Shown: positions 63,951 to 64,000 of the stretch, piece by piece
Position numbering within the stretch: the stretch's first letter is position 1
Layout: each line of letters starts with the position of its first letter
Origin: Octopus sinensis
Lineage: Eukaryota
NCBI RefSeq assembly: GCF_006345805.1
Contig: NC_042997.1
Coordinates: 82,460,001 to 82,524,000, forward strand
Length of the DNA stretch: 64,000 nt
Direction: 5' to 3'
Translations under genes and position numbers: made by a program
The notes under the pieces: generated by a model
What the model saw: only the letters and a program-made list of their open reading frames with translations
What the model was told of the DNA's origin: nothing
Databases searched by the model: none

Positions 63951-64000
63951 GTACCCCGGATCCCCAAAGTACCCTGGATCCCCAAAGTACCCCGATCCCC
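63949..64000 (+). repeat. ~18-bp minisatellite in the LINE 3' region
   Basis: AAGTACCC(C/T)GGATCCCCA occurs three times and runs off the window. Confidence 0.75.

Overview
AT-rich, repeat-saturated animal genomic DNA. The repeat repertoire (RTE LINEs with (GAT)n tails, tRNA-head SINEs, Penelope-like elements and large (TA)n tracts) suggests an octopus/cephalopod, which is inference only. No intact host gene is visible. The only host-like coding sequence is an intronless TACC-domain C-terminus interrupted by a TTAA MITE. The rest is mobile DNA: about 18 RTE LINE fragments, several Penelope-like elements (PLEs, one nearly complete with RT + GIY-YIG), Tc1 (DD34E), maT (DD37D) and mariner remnants, non-autonomous Helitrons, and an ORF1-only L1/Tx1-like element. 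The most notable signal is a set of hammerhead ribozyme (HHR) motifs. Two non-coding tandem arrays (about 487-nt and 363-nt units) carry one HHR per unit and are arranged as tail-out inverted arms inside (TA)n, like the neighbouring autonomous PLE. They look like retrozyme-type (potentially circular-RNA-forming) elements. Two HHR families carry the compensatory U3-A8 core. Element boundaries were read by eye and are approximate unless stated.
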